DNA of 64,000 nt from positions 6,882,001-6,946,000 of the forward strand of contig CP075497.1 in assembly GCA_021613535.1 (NCBI GenBank), written 5' to 3'. The stretch comes from Adineta vaga (lineage: Eukaryota; Animalia; Rotifera). Below, one piece after another: positions 30,534-43,605 of this stretch (positions within the stretch are counted from its first letter, which is position 1; each line of letters opens with the position of its first letter). The translations under genes were made by a program, and so were the position numbers. The notes under the pieces are model-generated. The model searched no databases. It saw nothing but the letters and a program-made list of their open reading frames with translations, and was not told where the DNA came from.

Positions 30534-30542
30534 AAAAAAAAA
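30534..30542 (-). terminator. RNA polymerase III oligo(T) terminator of tRNA-Pro
   Basis: Run of T on the minus strand a few nt downstream of the tRNA 3' end. Confidence 0.75.
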
Positions 30543-30547
30543 GAGAT

Positions 30548-30619
30548 GGGCCTGACCGGGGATCGAACCCGGAACCTCTCGCACCCAAAGCGAGAATCAT
30601 ACCACTAGACCATCAGGCC
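30548..30619 (-). tRNA. tRNA-Pro (anticodon UGG)
   Basis: GGCCTGATGGTCTAGTGGTATGATTCTCGCTTTGGGTGCGAGAGGTTCCGGGTTCGATCCCCGGTCAGGCCC: acceptor stem, A box, CTCGC/GCGAG anticodon stem, GTTCGA B box. Confidence 0.97.
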
Positions 30620-31727
30620 ACGTTACTAAACCGTTCGTACATTGCTTACAAGTTGAATATATACATTCATCTTGGATAAAATACGAAAGAAATATGCAAT
30701 GTTATTGATATGAAAATTTATTCAGAGAAATGTTTTTAAAAGCAGTAAACATTGAATAATTAATAGTTGAAATTTTTTTCTAGTTAAAAAAACAAAAACA
30801 CATTAATAAAGAGTGATTCACGATGAGAAAATATTGCGTAGTTGTCTGGCATGTTTTCAATCTATATTTCATTACCTTTTCAATATGATTGGCTTGATTA
30901 TTGTCAATATTTATGCTGACTTCACACTTAAATTTTTTCACAATAAATAAGACAAGCTTATCTTTGTATGCAAGTAGGATTGAAATCAATGGTAGATAAA
31001 ATTACGCTGAGAAAGTCTGTTTGTCAATGACAAAAATCAAGAAGATATATTCATTTTTAACTGTTGAAATTCGAATGAAATAGAATTGTATTGTGAAATT
31101 ATTTGTAAGCACACGATCTTTATTTTTATATTTGTTCTCATTTTTCTTTAGTCTTTTTACTCTATTCATCGTGTTTTTTCCTGCTATATACACATAAATA
31201 TTCTAGACGATGTTAACAGACGTATAAAGATAGAAAAAAAAAGAAACGTTCGAATAAACAAACATCGATGTACACACATTTTTATCCCTTCGCGACAGAT
31301 TCAATTCAAAATCATACATTATACAAAAAGTAAACTGAAGAAGATATAAGAAGATTTCCACTTGATATTTCCCGTAAATTTTCAAAATCCTTCTCACCTC
31401 AATCACGCACACGTATCTGCATTTTTTGATCGTCATACAAAGAAAAAGAAAAAGGAAAAGACACTAGACACGAATAAGAACAATAGAAATATACACGTAT
31501 AGCAAACGAGGAAAAAAAAGCTCCAAAAAATAATATTATATATATATATATATATATGTATATGGATATATAATGAGGAAGTATTATTTTAGTGAGAGAA
31601 AAAGATAATTTTTTCTAATATACAACACTAGATTAGAAAAGAAAAGAATCGGGTTTGAAAAAACATGAGAAGAAAGTCTAATCTAACTTTGGCATTGATT
31701 ATAAATGAATAAGACAAAAAATAGAAA

Positions 31728-32135
31728 TCATTTGACTTTGACAATACGTTGTTGAGAACTAAATAAATCACGTTTGTCGAATAATTGCGCATGTTGATCC
31801 ATAACATAAGAATCAAGATTCGAATCATCAACATTTGCTTTAACACCTGTTGATGGTAATGAATAAAGCACCTTCCATTTACGTTTTTTATTCTGTTTAA
31901 CACCAGATGATGGTTGACACATATTCGTTGGCTTATTGTTATGATTATTTTGTGCCAATGGTCGTTTCGATTGTGGAGACACTTTTGGAGATGGAATCAC
32001 TGGGACAGGAGGCTGCTGTTTGCCTTGTTCATCTTCGATGACGACAAAGTCCGATTCATCTTGATCATCAATAACAATCCATGAATCACTCATCTGTTTT
32101 GGTGATGATTTGAAAGGGACATTACCAGCAGCCAT
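31728..32135 (-). CDS. Small, probably disordered protein (135 aa) with two LIR-like motifs and a basic NLS-like patch
   Basis: ATG-initiated intronless ORF, more GC-rich than its flanks; SDSWIVI, ESDFVVI, KKRKWK. Confidence 0.7.
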   Translation of the reverse strand: MAAGNVPFKSSPKQMSDSWIVIDDQDESDFVVIEDEQGKQQPPVPVIPSPKVSPQSKRPLAQNNHNNKPTNMCQPSSGVKQNKKRKWKVLYSLPSTGVKANVDDSNLDSYVMDQHAQLFDKRDLFSSQQRIVKVK

Positions 32136-33173
32136 TAATAGGTATTAAAGATAAGTAAGAGAGAGAGAGAAAAGAATATAATCTAGAAACAAAAATAAAA
32201 CCCAATAGAATGTTATAAGTAATACATATGTTGTTTTCTTCTTTTCTTGTCCCATTGCCCTCTTTGCCTATTACTGTTTCTTGTCGTCAGAATATCGAGA
32301 TTCGTTTTGCCCTTTCAACGCACATATGACATCGACAATAACAAAACAACAACAACTTGTTTTTTAGACAATCGACCATTTTTTTCCTTCTCTGCTATAC
32401 TTCAAGAAAAAACGAGTAGCTCTTTTTTTCCTATAAAAAAAACGAGAATGCATACTAAGGACGCTATACTGTTTCTTTCTTTTTATCCTACATAGAGAAA
32501 AAAAACAAACCTATAGTGTCGACGATTAAGAAAGAAATGAACATAAAATGAAAGACATCAAGTGATAGTGACCATGACAATAGCACCTATTTACAGATTT
32601 TCTCGCTAACAATCATGCCGGTCGATCTGTTTGCATTGATTTCTCTCTCTCTCTTCGTCTTTCTCGATGCAGAGACAAGGGAGAAAAAATGCCTATCGAA
32701 TCCTACATTTTCTTCTCGATACGAACATACACACTTTGACAACTGCTGTGGCTGATGCTATTCTTGGCGATGTGGCAAATATGTCGAAGAAAAAAAGAAA
32801 GAAAGAAAGAAAAGAAAAAACGAGCAAAAGAGAAGGCGAAACTGACGGGTCGGCATGTGATCGTCATTATTGTATGTGTATGCATACGTCTTCTTTCTCT
32901 TTTTTTCTCTCTCCCTATATATATGTGTGTGTGTATAAGGATCATGCGAATGTGTTCGTCGTGCTCACTCACTAGGGTCCACGACGTCATAACGAACGGG
33001 CAAGAGAACAGACGCACGCATACTGGCAGCGCATGCACTCTTTGTGTGGTTACGAGTAACGAGAAGGGAAAAAAAAAGAGAACCCTGCGCACGAATGAAA
33101 TAATGTTTATTTAACAATGAAAGAGAGGACGGAAAAAAACGAAGAAAAAAAAAACGAGAAGATTAGAGTAGCT

Positions 33174-35151
33174 CTAGAGTTTCTCTTGTGAATAGTAAGC
33201 CATTGCATCTCGAGCACATTCAGGACCAATGTTGAACAGTGGATGTGTATTACGCTAAAAGAAAAGAAGATTATCATTTGTGGATTAATCCTTTTTACTT
33301 CTCTATACGTATTTCTTACTAGTCTGTTTTCATCACCTCCACATATGATTGATGTTTGATCTAGACCACTATCTTGAAATAAACTAAGTCCACTTAAGCA
33401 GTAACATGTATGATAAAGATCACTACCACTAAAAGACAAATGTTAACCTTTCAAATATTGAAAGGTGAATGAAAACTAATTTTACCGTCCATTAGGTTTT
33501 GGTCTGTCAGTAAAACCACCTACTTGATTTGCTTGACTACATAAGAGAACATATTCTTGAGCAGCAACTAAATCAAAAACGAAAGAAATAGGTACAAAAA
33601 GAAAATTTTTATGTCTTACTTGTATTAAAAAGTTGTTCATCAGATTGCTCGCTCACAGCTAAATATTTAAATTGGAATTTTTCTTTTACAAATACAAATC
33701 ATACGAACCTTGATTGCTTTTTATCGGTTGACGTCGTTGAATAGTCTGAATAAGTGGTAGCAAAGCACCAACCCAAAATGAATAACATCCATCGACAAGT
33801 TTATTTGTACGTCCTTGAAAGCCACCTTCAAATGTCATTTGTCGATTAACAGTCCATCTCTATTGCAAGAAAAATCATCAGATCTATCTTTATAGATATC
33901 TGTCAATCATTTGTTTATATTTTCATACAAGTAAACTTTCACGATCACATATCGATTCTCGATCAAGTAGTATAAGTGTCGCATAACCACAAAATGAATA
34001 TCCACCATGAGCTTCAGCACCAGGACAAGCACCAAAACCACCTTCATATGTTTGACAACTAAAAATTAAAGTGACTAATCAGTCGAGTATGTTTCTCAAA
34101 AAATAATTTCAGTTTTACCTTGCTACCCATTCAGCTGTATTCGCAAAAAGTTCATTTCGATCTTCTAATTGACATAAAGTTGCAACACTTGCAGCGCAAT
34201 AAGTCGCACTAAGATTATCAAATAAAAGATTAGACATATATCTATCAATGTGAATTTACCGAATATCAGATTCACCATCGAGATGAAGACTAAAACTACC
34301 ATTTATTGGATCACGAATTGTTTTTAACCATGCTGATAATTTTTTTCTAGAAAAATGACTATTTTCGAAAAACGACGATCAAAAAAAGAGAATTTTACCG
34401 ATTGATCACTTTATAAGCTCTTTCATTTCTTAATAAACATAGAGCATTAACAGCTGCATATGTTGGAGCTAAATGAGCTATTTGACCAGGACCACCTGAA
34501 AAGAATTAATCAATGTATACATTTAATCATCTCTTAAACAAATAATGATAAGTGTTTATCTAAGAAATTATATTCTTCGAATGTTATTTTATATTGATTA
34601 GATATTTAAAAAAAAATCTTTTCATACCGGTAAAGCCGCCATCGGGATGTTGACATCGATTTAAAAAATCAGAAATACTAAACATAATCATTCATATAAT
34701 GGCAATATTTTCAATGAAAACCTACTCATTGATCAATGGATCTGCTAATTGTTCGTCAAGTAAATATAAACTTTGTGTAATCCAATAGACAAGCCATGGT
34801 CGACTTGCATCGAGTGCCTATAAATGAATCGAATTTCATATTTTCTTTTTCTTCTATTCAATACTTGTTGATTCGTAGGTAAATGTTGAAGACTTTTCAG
34901 AAGATAAGTAACATGTTTATCTCGATGGAGAACAGGTCCTCTACAAATGAATAAAAAATATTCTTAAAAAAAGAAAATCGTTTTTTCGTATTTTACTTTA
35001 ATCCAAAACTGGATTGTTCCTTAAGAAAATTACGAAAAAGTATTTCTACTTCTTGTTCACATTCCGTTTGATCTCTCGTTGTTACTGTATCTTTATTACG
35101 AGTTCGATGTGTATCTTGAAAAAAACCTTTCTGATCGATACGAAGTGACAT
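33174..35151 (-). CDS. FNTB: Protein farnesyltransferase beta subunit, multi-exon
   Basis: [87 protein letters not shown]. Confidence 0.93.
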
Positions 35152-35277
35152 ATCTAAAATATGCTGAACTATGTTAGATGAAAGAAAGGTTAAAATTGCG
35201 TTCGATAATGCAGGTTTAAATAACTTAACGAAATAAATATTAGTATAAAAAACAAAATGGATATTGAATCAAATCGT

Positions 35278-36079
35278 TTAACCATCTTTTGAGCAAACTT
35301 TAAGACCTTTCTTTACTTGTGGTCGATCACCAATGACTTTTAACCATTTGTCAACATTCGGATAAGCATTATCATCTAATTTATCTTGATAATTTTTTGT
35401 AAAAAATTGTACCCATGGAAAAATTGCCATATCAGCTATTGTATAATCATTTCCACTAACATATGAACCAGTACTGCCAAGTTGTGTATCAAGTACTTTC
35501 AATAAACGTTTTGCTTCATCTAAATAACGTTTTTTTGCATATTCAATTTGTTCTTTTGCTGCTCTGTGAAAATGATTTGCTTGTCCAAACATTGGTCCAA
35601 CACCACCCATTTGCCACATAAGCCATTCAATTGTTTCATAACGTTGACGTGTACCTGTTGGAGCAAGAAATTTACCAGTTTTATCGGCAAGATAGATTAA
35701 AATAGCTCCACTTTCGAATAAAGTTAATGGTTGTTTATCATCGCCTGTTGGTTGTCGATCAACAAGAACAGGAATTTTCGAATTTGGATTCAATTTTTTA
35801 AACCAATCCTCTACAGAAAAAAAAGAGGGAGAATAATATTCTTAGATGAAATTAAATTTCTTTAATTGTTTTACCGTATTGAATATCTTTACTAATATCA
35901 ATCAAATGAGCATCATATTCAAGACCTAATTCTTCTAAAGCAATACCAATTTTTTGTCCATTAGGTGTTGCTAAGGAATATAGTTGAATAGGTTTATCTC
36001 CTGTTTGAAGACTTTGATTTGTTGCCATCGTTCTTCGACTTAGTGTTCGACAGAAATTCACTAAGAATAATCTATACAT
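35278..36079 (-). CDS. Glutathione S-transferase, YfcG/YghU (nu/Ure2p-like) type; intron 35811..35874; second in-frame ATG at 36028
   Basis: IQLYSLATPNGQK, LNPNSKIPVLVD, LFESGAILIYLADKTGKFL, WLMWQMGGVGPMFGQANHF, YTIADMAIFPW. Confidence 0.92.
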
Positions 36080-36128
36080 AAATAGGAAGCAAAAAAACTA
36101 AAAATAAATCAAATCATTATCGTTCTCT

Positions 36129-38886
36129 TTATTCATATGTTAAAATTAAAGGATCTAATTTTTGTTTAAATTCTTCAAAAGATGTTACAGGTAATTGACA
36201 TTGAAAATTTCTACAAAGAAAAATTCTTGTTTGTTCATTCGTTTTATCCATATATGATGTTAATTGTTTATTATATTGAAGAAGTTTATTATTTGATTTC
36301 GTTAAATTGATGATAATTTTATTTGGAAGATAAGATGTTTGAATATATCGATTGATTTCTTCTAGATTCGATGATTGAATAAGAATTTCATTTATACCTT
36401 GAGTATACATTTCATAACAACGAATCATTGTTGGCATAGTCATTGGTACTCGATTTAATTGATGAGAATAGGATTTAAATAATAATCGAAGACGATCATG
36501 AAATGATGAATCATCAAAATAATGACCAAGACGAAGAAGATTGAGAGATGAAATGGCATTGGGTGATGGTTCAGCTCCATCATGATCTAAAGAACAAGTT
36601 TCGATAATAAAAAGAAAAGAAATATTTATTGATATTCACAACCTTCAGAAAGACGTAAAATAATCGAAATATCTTTTCCATCTGTACTTAAATACCGATT
36701 TTTATTTGAATCCCAAAAGAATTCATCCTGTTGTTTTTGTAAATCATAAGCAAAGATTAATAATTCTTCATCAAAATTCGTTTCATATAAATCTATACAA
36801 GCTTGAATAACAAATGCATAATCATCTAAGAATCCATTCACTTTCGATTCTCTAGAAAATTTCAATAAACTATGAAGAAAACTGTTCTTCTAAATCTCTT
36901 ACGTATATTCAATTCGATGTGTCTTTTGATCGACATAACATGCACGTAGAAGTCGTTTGGTCGATGAATCAATTAAATAAGTACGAATGAAAGTAATGGC
37001 TTGTTCAGCAAGTTGAGTATAGTTTGATTCTTGCAATACACAAGCAGCTCGTGCTAAACCACTAACCATTAAACCATTCCATGATGCAAGAAATTTTTCA
37101 TCACGATGTGGTCGTGGACGATTTTCATTTCGATAAGCGAATAAAATATCGTGACATTCAGCTAAAATTTGTTTCAGTTCATTTGTATTGGCAAGTTTAA
37201 ATTTCTCGACTGTAGCTTGAAGGTTACCATCAGTAATTAAAACATTTTGATGTTTTAATTCGTCATGTGGATCCTTAAAAAGATTAGAAAAAAAATCTAT
37301 TGATGAAGTTCATTAGAGTAGTTCAATCTCACTTGCATAGGATCAACATTTCCATCTTTCTTACATTGATAATAATAACAAAAGATTTGTGCATTTTTTT
37401 CTGATAGTAATTTGTGTAATTCATCATAATTCCAGACGTAGAAAGCACCTACATTAGAAACAAAAAATAGAGTGATGAATGATTGAACGTTTTTCTTCTC
37501 TAACCTTCTTTTTTCTTCTTATCCGTTTTCATTGGTAACGAATCAGCATCTTCGGCACAATAGAAACCTCCATGTTGGCTATGACGTAAATCACGTTCAA
37601 CATATAAAATCAAATCTCGTAATGTTTGACCTATAAGTTCATTTTTCGTAATCTTCAATAGAAACAATTGATAAAAGTATTTTTTTCATTCAAGACTACC
37701 TTACAGCATATGTATCCGCTAAAGCAACAGCTATTTGTCCTTGATCATAGAGCATTTTTTCAAAATGAGGCACATGCCATCGATTATCAGTTGAATATCG
37801 ATGGAAACCTTTTCCTAATTGATCATTGATACCACCTATAAGTAGATTAATATGTGTTCTATGTTCATAACAGATATAAAAATTATACCTAGAGCCATTT
37901 TCTTTAATGTCAATTGTGTCATATCAAGCGCTAACTTAGCAATATCAACTTTTCCTTTTGACTGATGACATAATGCAGCATGTGTTAATAAAAAGTTAAA
38001 ATTAACTACAAATAATATTCTATTAATATAAGTAGGAAAATTTGATATTAAAGATACCTGGTTGTGGAAATTTTGGACTTGTACCAAATCCACCGTGATC
38101 ATCATCAAAATCATTAGCAAAATAAGCAAAACAAGTTTGTATACTTTTATTAGTAATTCCATCGGAAGTATTTTCTGTACTAACAGATTGCTTTTCCATT
38201 GCTGTCGTCAATTGTTGTACTGCATCTTTACTTCCATCAATAATATCATTTGATTTTGTTCTCCATGCTTCATTTAATTTAAGTAAAATTTCTTTAAAAC
38301 CTGGACGACCATATTGACGTTCACTTGTCGGTGGAAAATAAGTACCAGAAAAGAATGGTTGTAATTGTGGAGTAAGCCAAACGGATAATGGCCATCCGCC
38401 ACCACCTTGTGTTGCCTTTTTAAAAGAAAAATAACAAAATATGATTATGAACAAATTAGATGAAATGTTATCTACTTGAAGATATGTCATATATACTCGA
38501 TCCACATCTGGACGTTCTTCTCGATCAACTTTTATCGAGACAAAATGATCATTAAGTATCTTAGCAATTTCAGAATTTTCAAATGATTCATGTTCCATAA
38601 CATGACACCAATGGCAAGTACTATAACCAACTTAAAAAAGAATTTTATTAGTAGATAAATTCATAGTTTTAGTTTACTGGAAAGAAAAATTGGTTTATTC
38701 TCTTTGCGTGATTTTTCAAATGCTTCCTCACTCCATGGATACCTGAAAATGATAATATTGCATGGATAAAAAGTGAATGTTAAATTATTTTTACCAATTA
38801 ACTGGATTATGAGCATGTTGTTGAAGATATGGAGATTTTTCTTTAGCTAAATGATTAGCAAAACGTTGTTGCTCTTGTTGAGCCAT
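36129..38886 (-). CDS. SPATA20: SPATA20 / YyaL-type thioredoxin plus (alpha/alpha)6 protein, multi-exon
   Basis: [91 protein letters not shown]. Confidence 0.93.
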
Positions 38887-39459
38887 TCTTACAGCAAGAC
38901 GAAACACAGTAAAACTAAAAAGAAAAGAGTTCTTGTATAACTGTAATTGAATCATACTTTTGAGAACGCCAGAAATTGTACATTCACTTAATATTATTTC
39001 TTGGAAACTGAACGTCCTCAATTACCTATTGATATTATATACATGTATATATATACTTTTATCTGATTTCGTCTATTCTGCCATTTATTACTCGCGCAAA
39101 AGAGAAACCAATAAGAAACTTCATTTCTATATTTAATCTGTCTACTAGAGTCCTCTTTACACTATTTAGTCAATATTTTGTATTTGTATAGATATATTTT
39201 GTGGAAGATAAAAGAAACGTTGTATATTTTTCCACAAACATTCACACAATATAAATGTGTAACGTAGAGATATTCGAATAGACACCTTGCCTACAAGTGT
39301 ATATTTTCGATAATTAATAAAATAATTCAAAATAGATACACAATTGCAGTGAAATCAACAGAAGAAATACGTTCTTTGTATATCAATTTTATATTTTGTA
39401 GTGTTTTTAAGCTCGTTTATTATAATTCTTGTTACAATATGAATGAAATTGTCATTGAG

Positions 39460-39783
39460 TTAGTTGTGCACCCAAAAATCAATAACAGTTGCTTCGACCA
39501 TATGTGGTTTTAAAATTTCGACGAAATCTTTATGGTATGGATGTTCGAGATAAGTATCTCGATCTTGTTCATTGGTAAATGTCAATATAAAACAATGAGT
39601 ATAACCTCGATCAAGATTTTCTTTGCTAACATTTTTACCCCATTCGTATCCCTTGATTATCGTTAAAAGTTTCACCTTTGCTAATGTACGAAATTCATCT
39701 TCGAGGTAGGTGATATCGGCTGGCGGAGTATTTTCCTTGAATTTTAATAAAACAACATGACGAAGTTGTTTAGTTTCAGCCAT
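39460..39783 (-). CDS. Stress-responsive A/B barrel (Dabb) protein, intronless
   Basis: LRHVVLLKFKE...YEWGKNVSKENLDRGYTHCFILTF...RDTYLEHPYHKDF...VIDFW; ATG at 39783. Confidence 0.88.
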   Translation of the reverse strand: MAETKQLRHVVLLKFKENTPPADITYLEDEFRTLAKVKLLTIIKGYEWGKNVSKENLDRGYTHCFILTFTNEQDRDTYLEHPYHKDFVEILKPHMVEATVIDFWVHN

Positions 39784-42694
39784 AGGTAATAAAATATACG
39801 GTATGTGTTTGATAAACGTGAAGATAAAGAATAACACAAGAAAAATAGTGTAATGCAGCTATGAAAAAGTACAGTGACGTAGGCAAATAACAACCAACAA
39901 CCTAGCAAAGATTGCTTTTCATTCGCTTTTTTGTGATGGGTATGTTGTTTTTAATACGATCAAAGGATCAACGAAGAATAGCGACAACTGTCGTTAAATA
40001 TTCATAATTAAAATAGATTTTGGCAATACTTTCATTGTCATAGTTTATTACAACTAATGCTCATTTATTTTTTAATAAGGGTGAAGATGCAATAGATTTA
40101 TCGGAAACAAAATGTCCTTTTTTGTTTTCGATTAGTTGATTATTTATTACTTATCTGCTTGAAAAGTATTTATTTTTTGCCGATTTGTTCAAAGTAAAGA
40201 TATCTTCGTCTATCGCCAAAAGGACTATGCTAGAAAAATTCGCATAAAACGATTTAAGTTCAGATTTCTGTTCATGACGCATGTACTCAAATCTTGCATC
40301 AACAAAAACCCAACGCAATACATAGATCTCTAGGATCGAACGAAAGTCTCAGAAAAAGCGATGTTTCATATAGAAATGCTTCAGAAATGATCTGCAAAAT
40401 GGAAGCAAGACTGCAAAGTGAGAAATCATCGGATCTTTGCTGTCTTATTTGTGGCTTTATTGGATGGAAAGAACTGGAATGGTTTAGAAAATATCAGAAA
40501 AAAACAAAAAATCTTCCAAACCGGAATACTGCTTCTGTGAAATCACAAAATGCTACGGGACAGACCATGTCAGTAAGATTCTGATGACAAAGGAAATGAT
40601 GTTAATGTAGCATATCTCTCGCTAGCTAAATCTCTTACTCAAGTATCATTATTAAGAACTATTTGAATATATTTCTTTTACCTTGGTTTACATTTTTGAC
40701 GAAAACAAGAGAACACCAGTTTTTGACATGGAGATCAATCAGTGACGTAGTTGGTCAAGTTACATCATCGGATATATCAATCATTTCAAGTAAATATTCT
40801 ACATGGCCGTGATTTATTAACTGTTTATTTCTCCCAAATATATCAGGATTAACAGTAGAATAAAAATAACAAAGATGATCATATCAAAATAGTAAATTTA
40901 TAAAAGAAAATGGCAACGAACACACAAATGAACCCCTTGTGAAGTGAAGCAACATACCACTAGTCTTGGGGTCACAGTGTGTCACTGATGAGAGAGATAA
41001 ATGAAGTACACATTAAGAATAATCATTTAATCGATCAGAGAAACGAAGCGCCACATGAAACAATGTCAAAGAAGGAAAATAAGACAAATACAAAGAGAAA
41101 CGAAAGATGTAACATCACACGCCTTTTTTTAAACTCAAGAGAACAACAAGATACAAAGTGAATGGAAGGTTATGAATATAAGCAATATTTCTACATCAAT
41201 TTGAAAACTCGACTCTTATGGTGTTCTTTAGTGGAAGAATGTACTTACAGATAAACTATCTTAATTATTTTTCGTGAATGGTGAAGAAATTAAAAAGATC
41301 AAGAAATGTATGTATAGTCCGTCTCGCTAATCTTTCTGGAAATTTCCTATCACATCTCAAGTTCGTACTTCTATAGTATGTTAGCTCGTCAAACTAAATA
41401 TTAGACGACTAATCAACATTTCGGGAGACGTATGTACATAATGGCAAAACGAATGATTCGCCTACGGAAAAATTTCTTGCAAATCTTGTGAATCAAAATG
41501 TTGCACGTTTCTTTTCCTAATTTAGTTGCCCAGGACAATGATTTCCATCTCTGGAAACTTCTGATTATTTATTCGGTAAACCTTATCTAAGCAATGAGAG
41601 TGTTGAAATTAGGTGTAGAGTTTTTAACAGAATATGATCAAAAATTATTTGAAGTTAATCCATACAAATTAAATTTAAGATGTTCAATATTCAGAGATTT
41701 ACTTCATGATTTATCGTTAAATGAAGTCTTCATTCAATGCATACAAATGATTGGTGTACACCGATTAGAAGAAAAGGCTAGACTCTCGTACTTCCAAATA
41801 CGATGGAAATCTAGCTTTTTCATTAAGAATATTTTTAAAAAAAGCTGGAAACTAGAATAGTCTTTTTCAGATACGTTTCACAGGGAAAAGGAAAACCTCT
41901 CTCGAAAATCGAAAATCGAATGTTACATATTCAGTACTTTCGTTCTACTTGTGATTCTTGAAAAGATCTTATATCACATAATTCAATGCATAAAAGGAAG
42001 AAAAACGAGAGAAACTTATAAATACTATGCTATATCTCGGATCGCATCGATACTCCTGTCTGTATTAATTATATTTAGTTTTTTATATGGCTATGTGAAT
42101 AGGAAAATGAATAATATCGAATGATAAAAGAAAGTCAATTCGATTTTAAATACCCATATACTGTTTCTCTCATTGAAACTTATTCTATGAGGATGAAAAA
42201 AAAATGAATACATATGATTTATCTGCTATTGTATCTACGTTTCCATGTTTATCTTCTATCTGAATTTTAGACTTTATAAACTTTGATTCCTAAATGGTTG
42301 TTCTCACATCAATAACTGTTCGCATTATAATCTAGACGAATGAGTTCAACCTACAGAAAATATGATAGTCGGCTACTAAGCACTTTATATAAATAAATCG
42401 AATGCAATAGAAATTTCTCAAGTAATTCATTTATTTTTCATACAGAAAGAATAGAATTCATCAGTTACAATATATCTATGTATTGCGATAGTTAATGACG
42501 ATCTGTAACATAGGTATTATTGATATACGTGCGAACTTCTGTCGAGAATGAAAGATTTGAAATAATACTTTCTCTAATTCAGCTGTCATGAATATCTGAA
42601 ATCTGACTTTGTTGTAGTTGCTAATAAGATCGTATTCATTCCATTTTATTATCTCATCATTATCAAATTGTATACTTACTTTTCAGATATACCA

Positions 42695-43605
42695 ATGTCA
42701 CAATCATCTACATTTGTCATATTTGATCAAATAAATACTTATCTTAGTTTTCTTATTTTAACTGCTGGTCTTACAGGTAATATCTTAAACATCGTTATTT
42801 TTACTAGACATACATTATTTCGTCAAAATCCATGTGTCTTCTATCTTATCGTCGATTCCATTATTGGTAGCGCTAAATTATCGATAAAATTTACGCCTCG
42901 AATCGATATTACGTATTTAAATGTGATTTAACACAAGCTTCTTTATTTTGGTGTAAAGTTCATTCAATGATTGCTCAAACATGCACATTAATATCAATGG
43001 CGTCGATCTGTTTAGCTGTTATTGACCAATATTTCTCTACACACTATTCACCTTGTATGAAAAGAAAAATTACTTTGCGAAGCGTTTGAATTTTGACTGG
43101 TCTAAATCTATCAATTTGGCTTTTACATGGAATTCTATTTTTGTTATTTTTTGAAATTCCAACAACATTACGTTGTATACCAAATAATCACAGATTTTTC
43201 TCGTATTATAAATATTTTCATTTTCCAATATTGATTTGTTTTTTGCCAATGATTATTGGATTAACCTTTAGCATTCTAGCCTACCGAAATGTTCGTCGAA
43301 TCATTCAATGACAAATACCATATTTTCAACGATAATTAGATCAACAATTAACTGATATGGTTCTTGTTCGAACAATATTTCTAATCGGAGTAACAATACC
43401 TTTTACCATTTATCGTATCTATTCATTATTTGTTATTTATAAACAAAATAATTCTTCGCGTAAAGAAGTTGAAACTATTCTTTCCAATTGTTATAAATTT
43501 AATTTTTACAATGAATTTTTCATTAACAGTCACTTAAAATGTATCTACTGTAGGACAATCAATATGACAAATTGTTTTCTTTATGTTATTTATGTTAGTG
43601 AATAG
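42695..43605 (+). pseudogene. Degenerate GPCR of the same DQY family
   Basis: GLTGNILNIVIF, FRQNPCVFYL, WCKV, AVIDQYFST, LAYRNVRRII, LDQQLTDMVL spread over several frames, with a frameshift near 42910-42930 and in-frame TGA stops near 43088 and 43309. Confidence 0.85.

Noticed and set aside
32247-33114. Overlapping ORFs on both strands
   Set aside because: Low-complexity purine/pyrimidine and dinucleotide tracts typical of UTR or promoter DNA; no recognisable protein features
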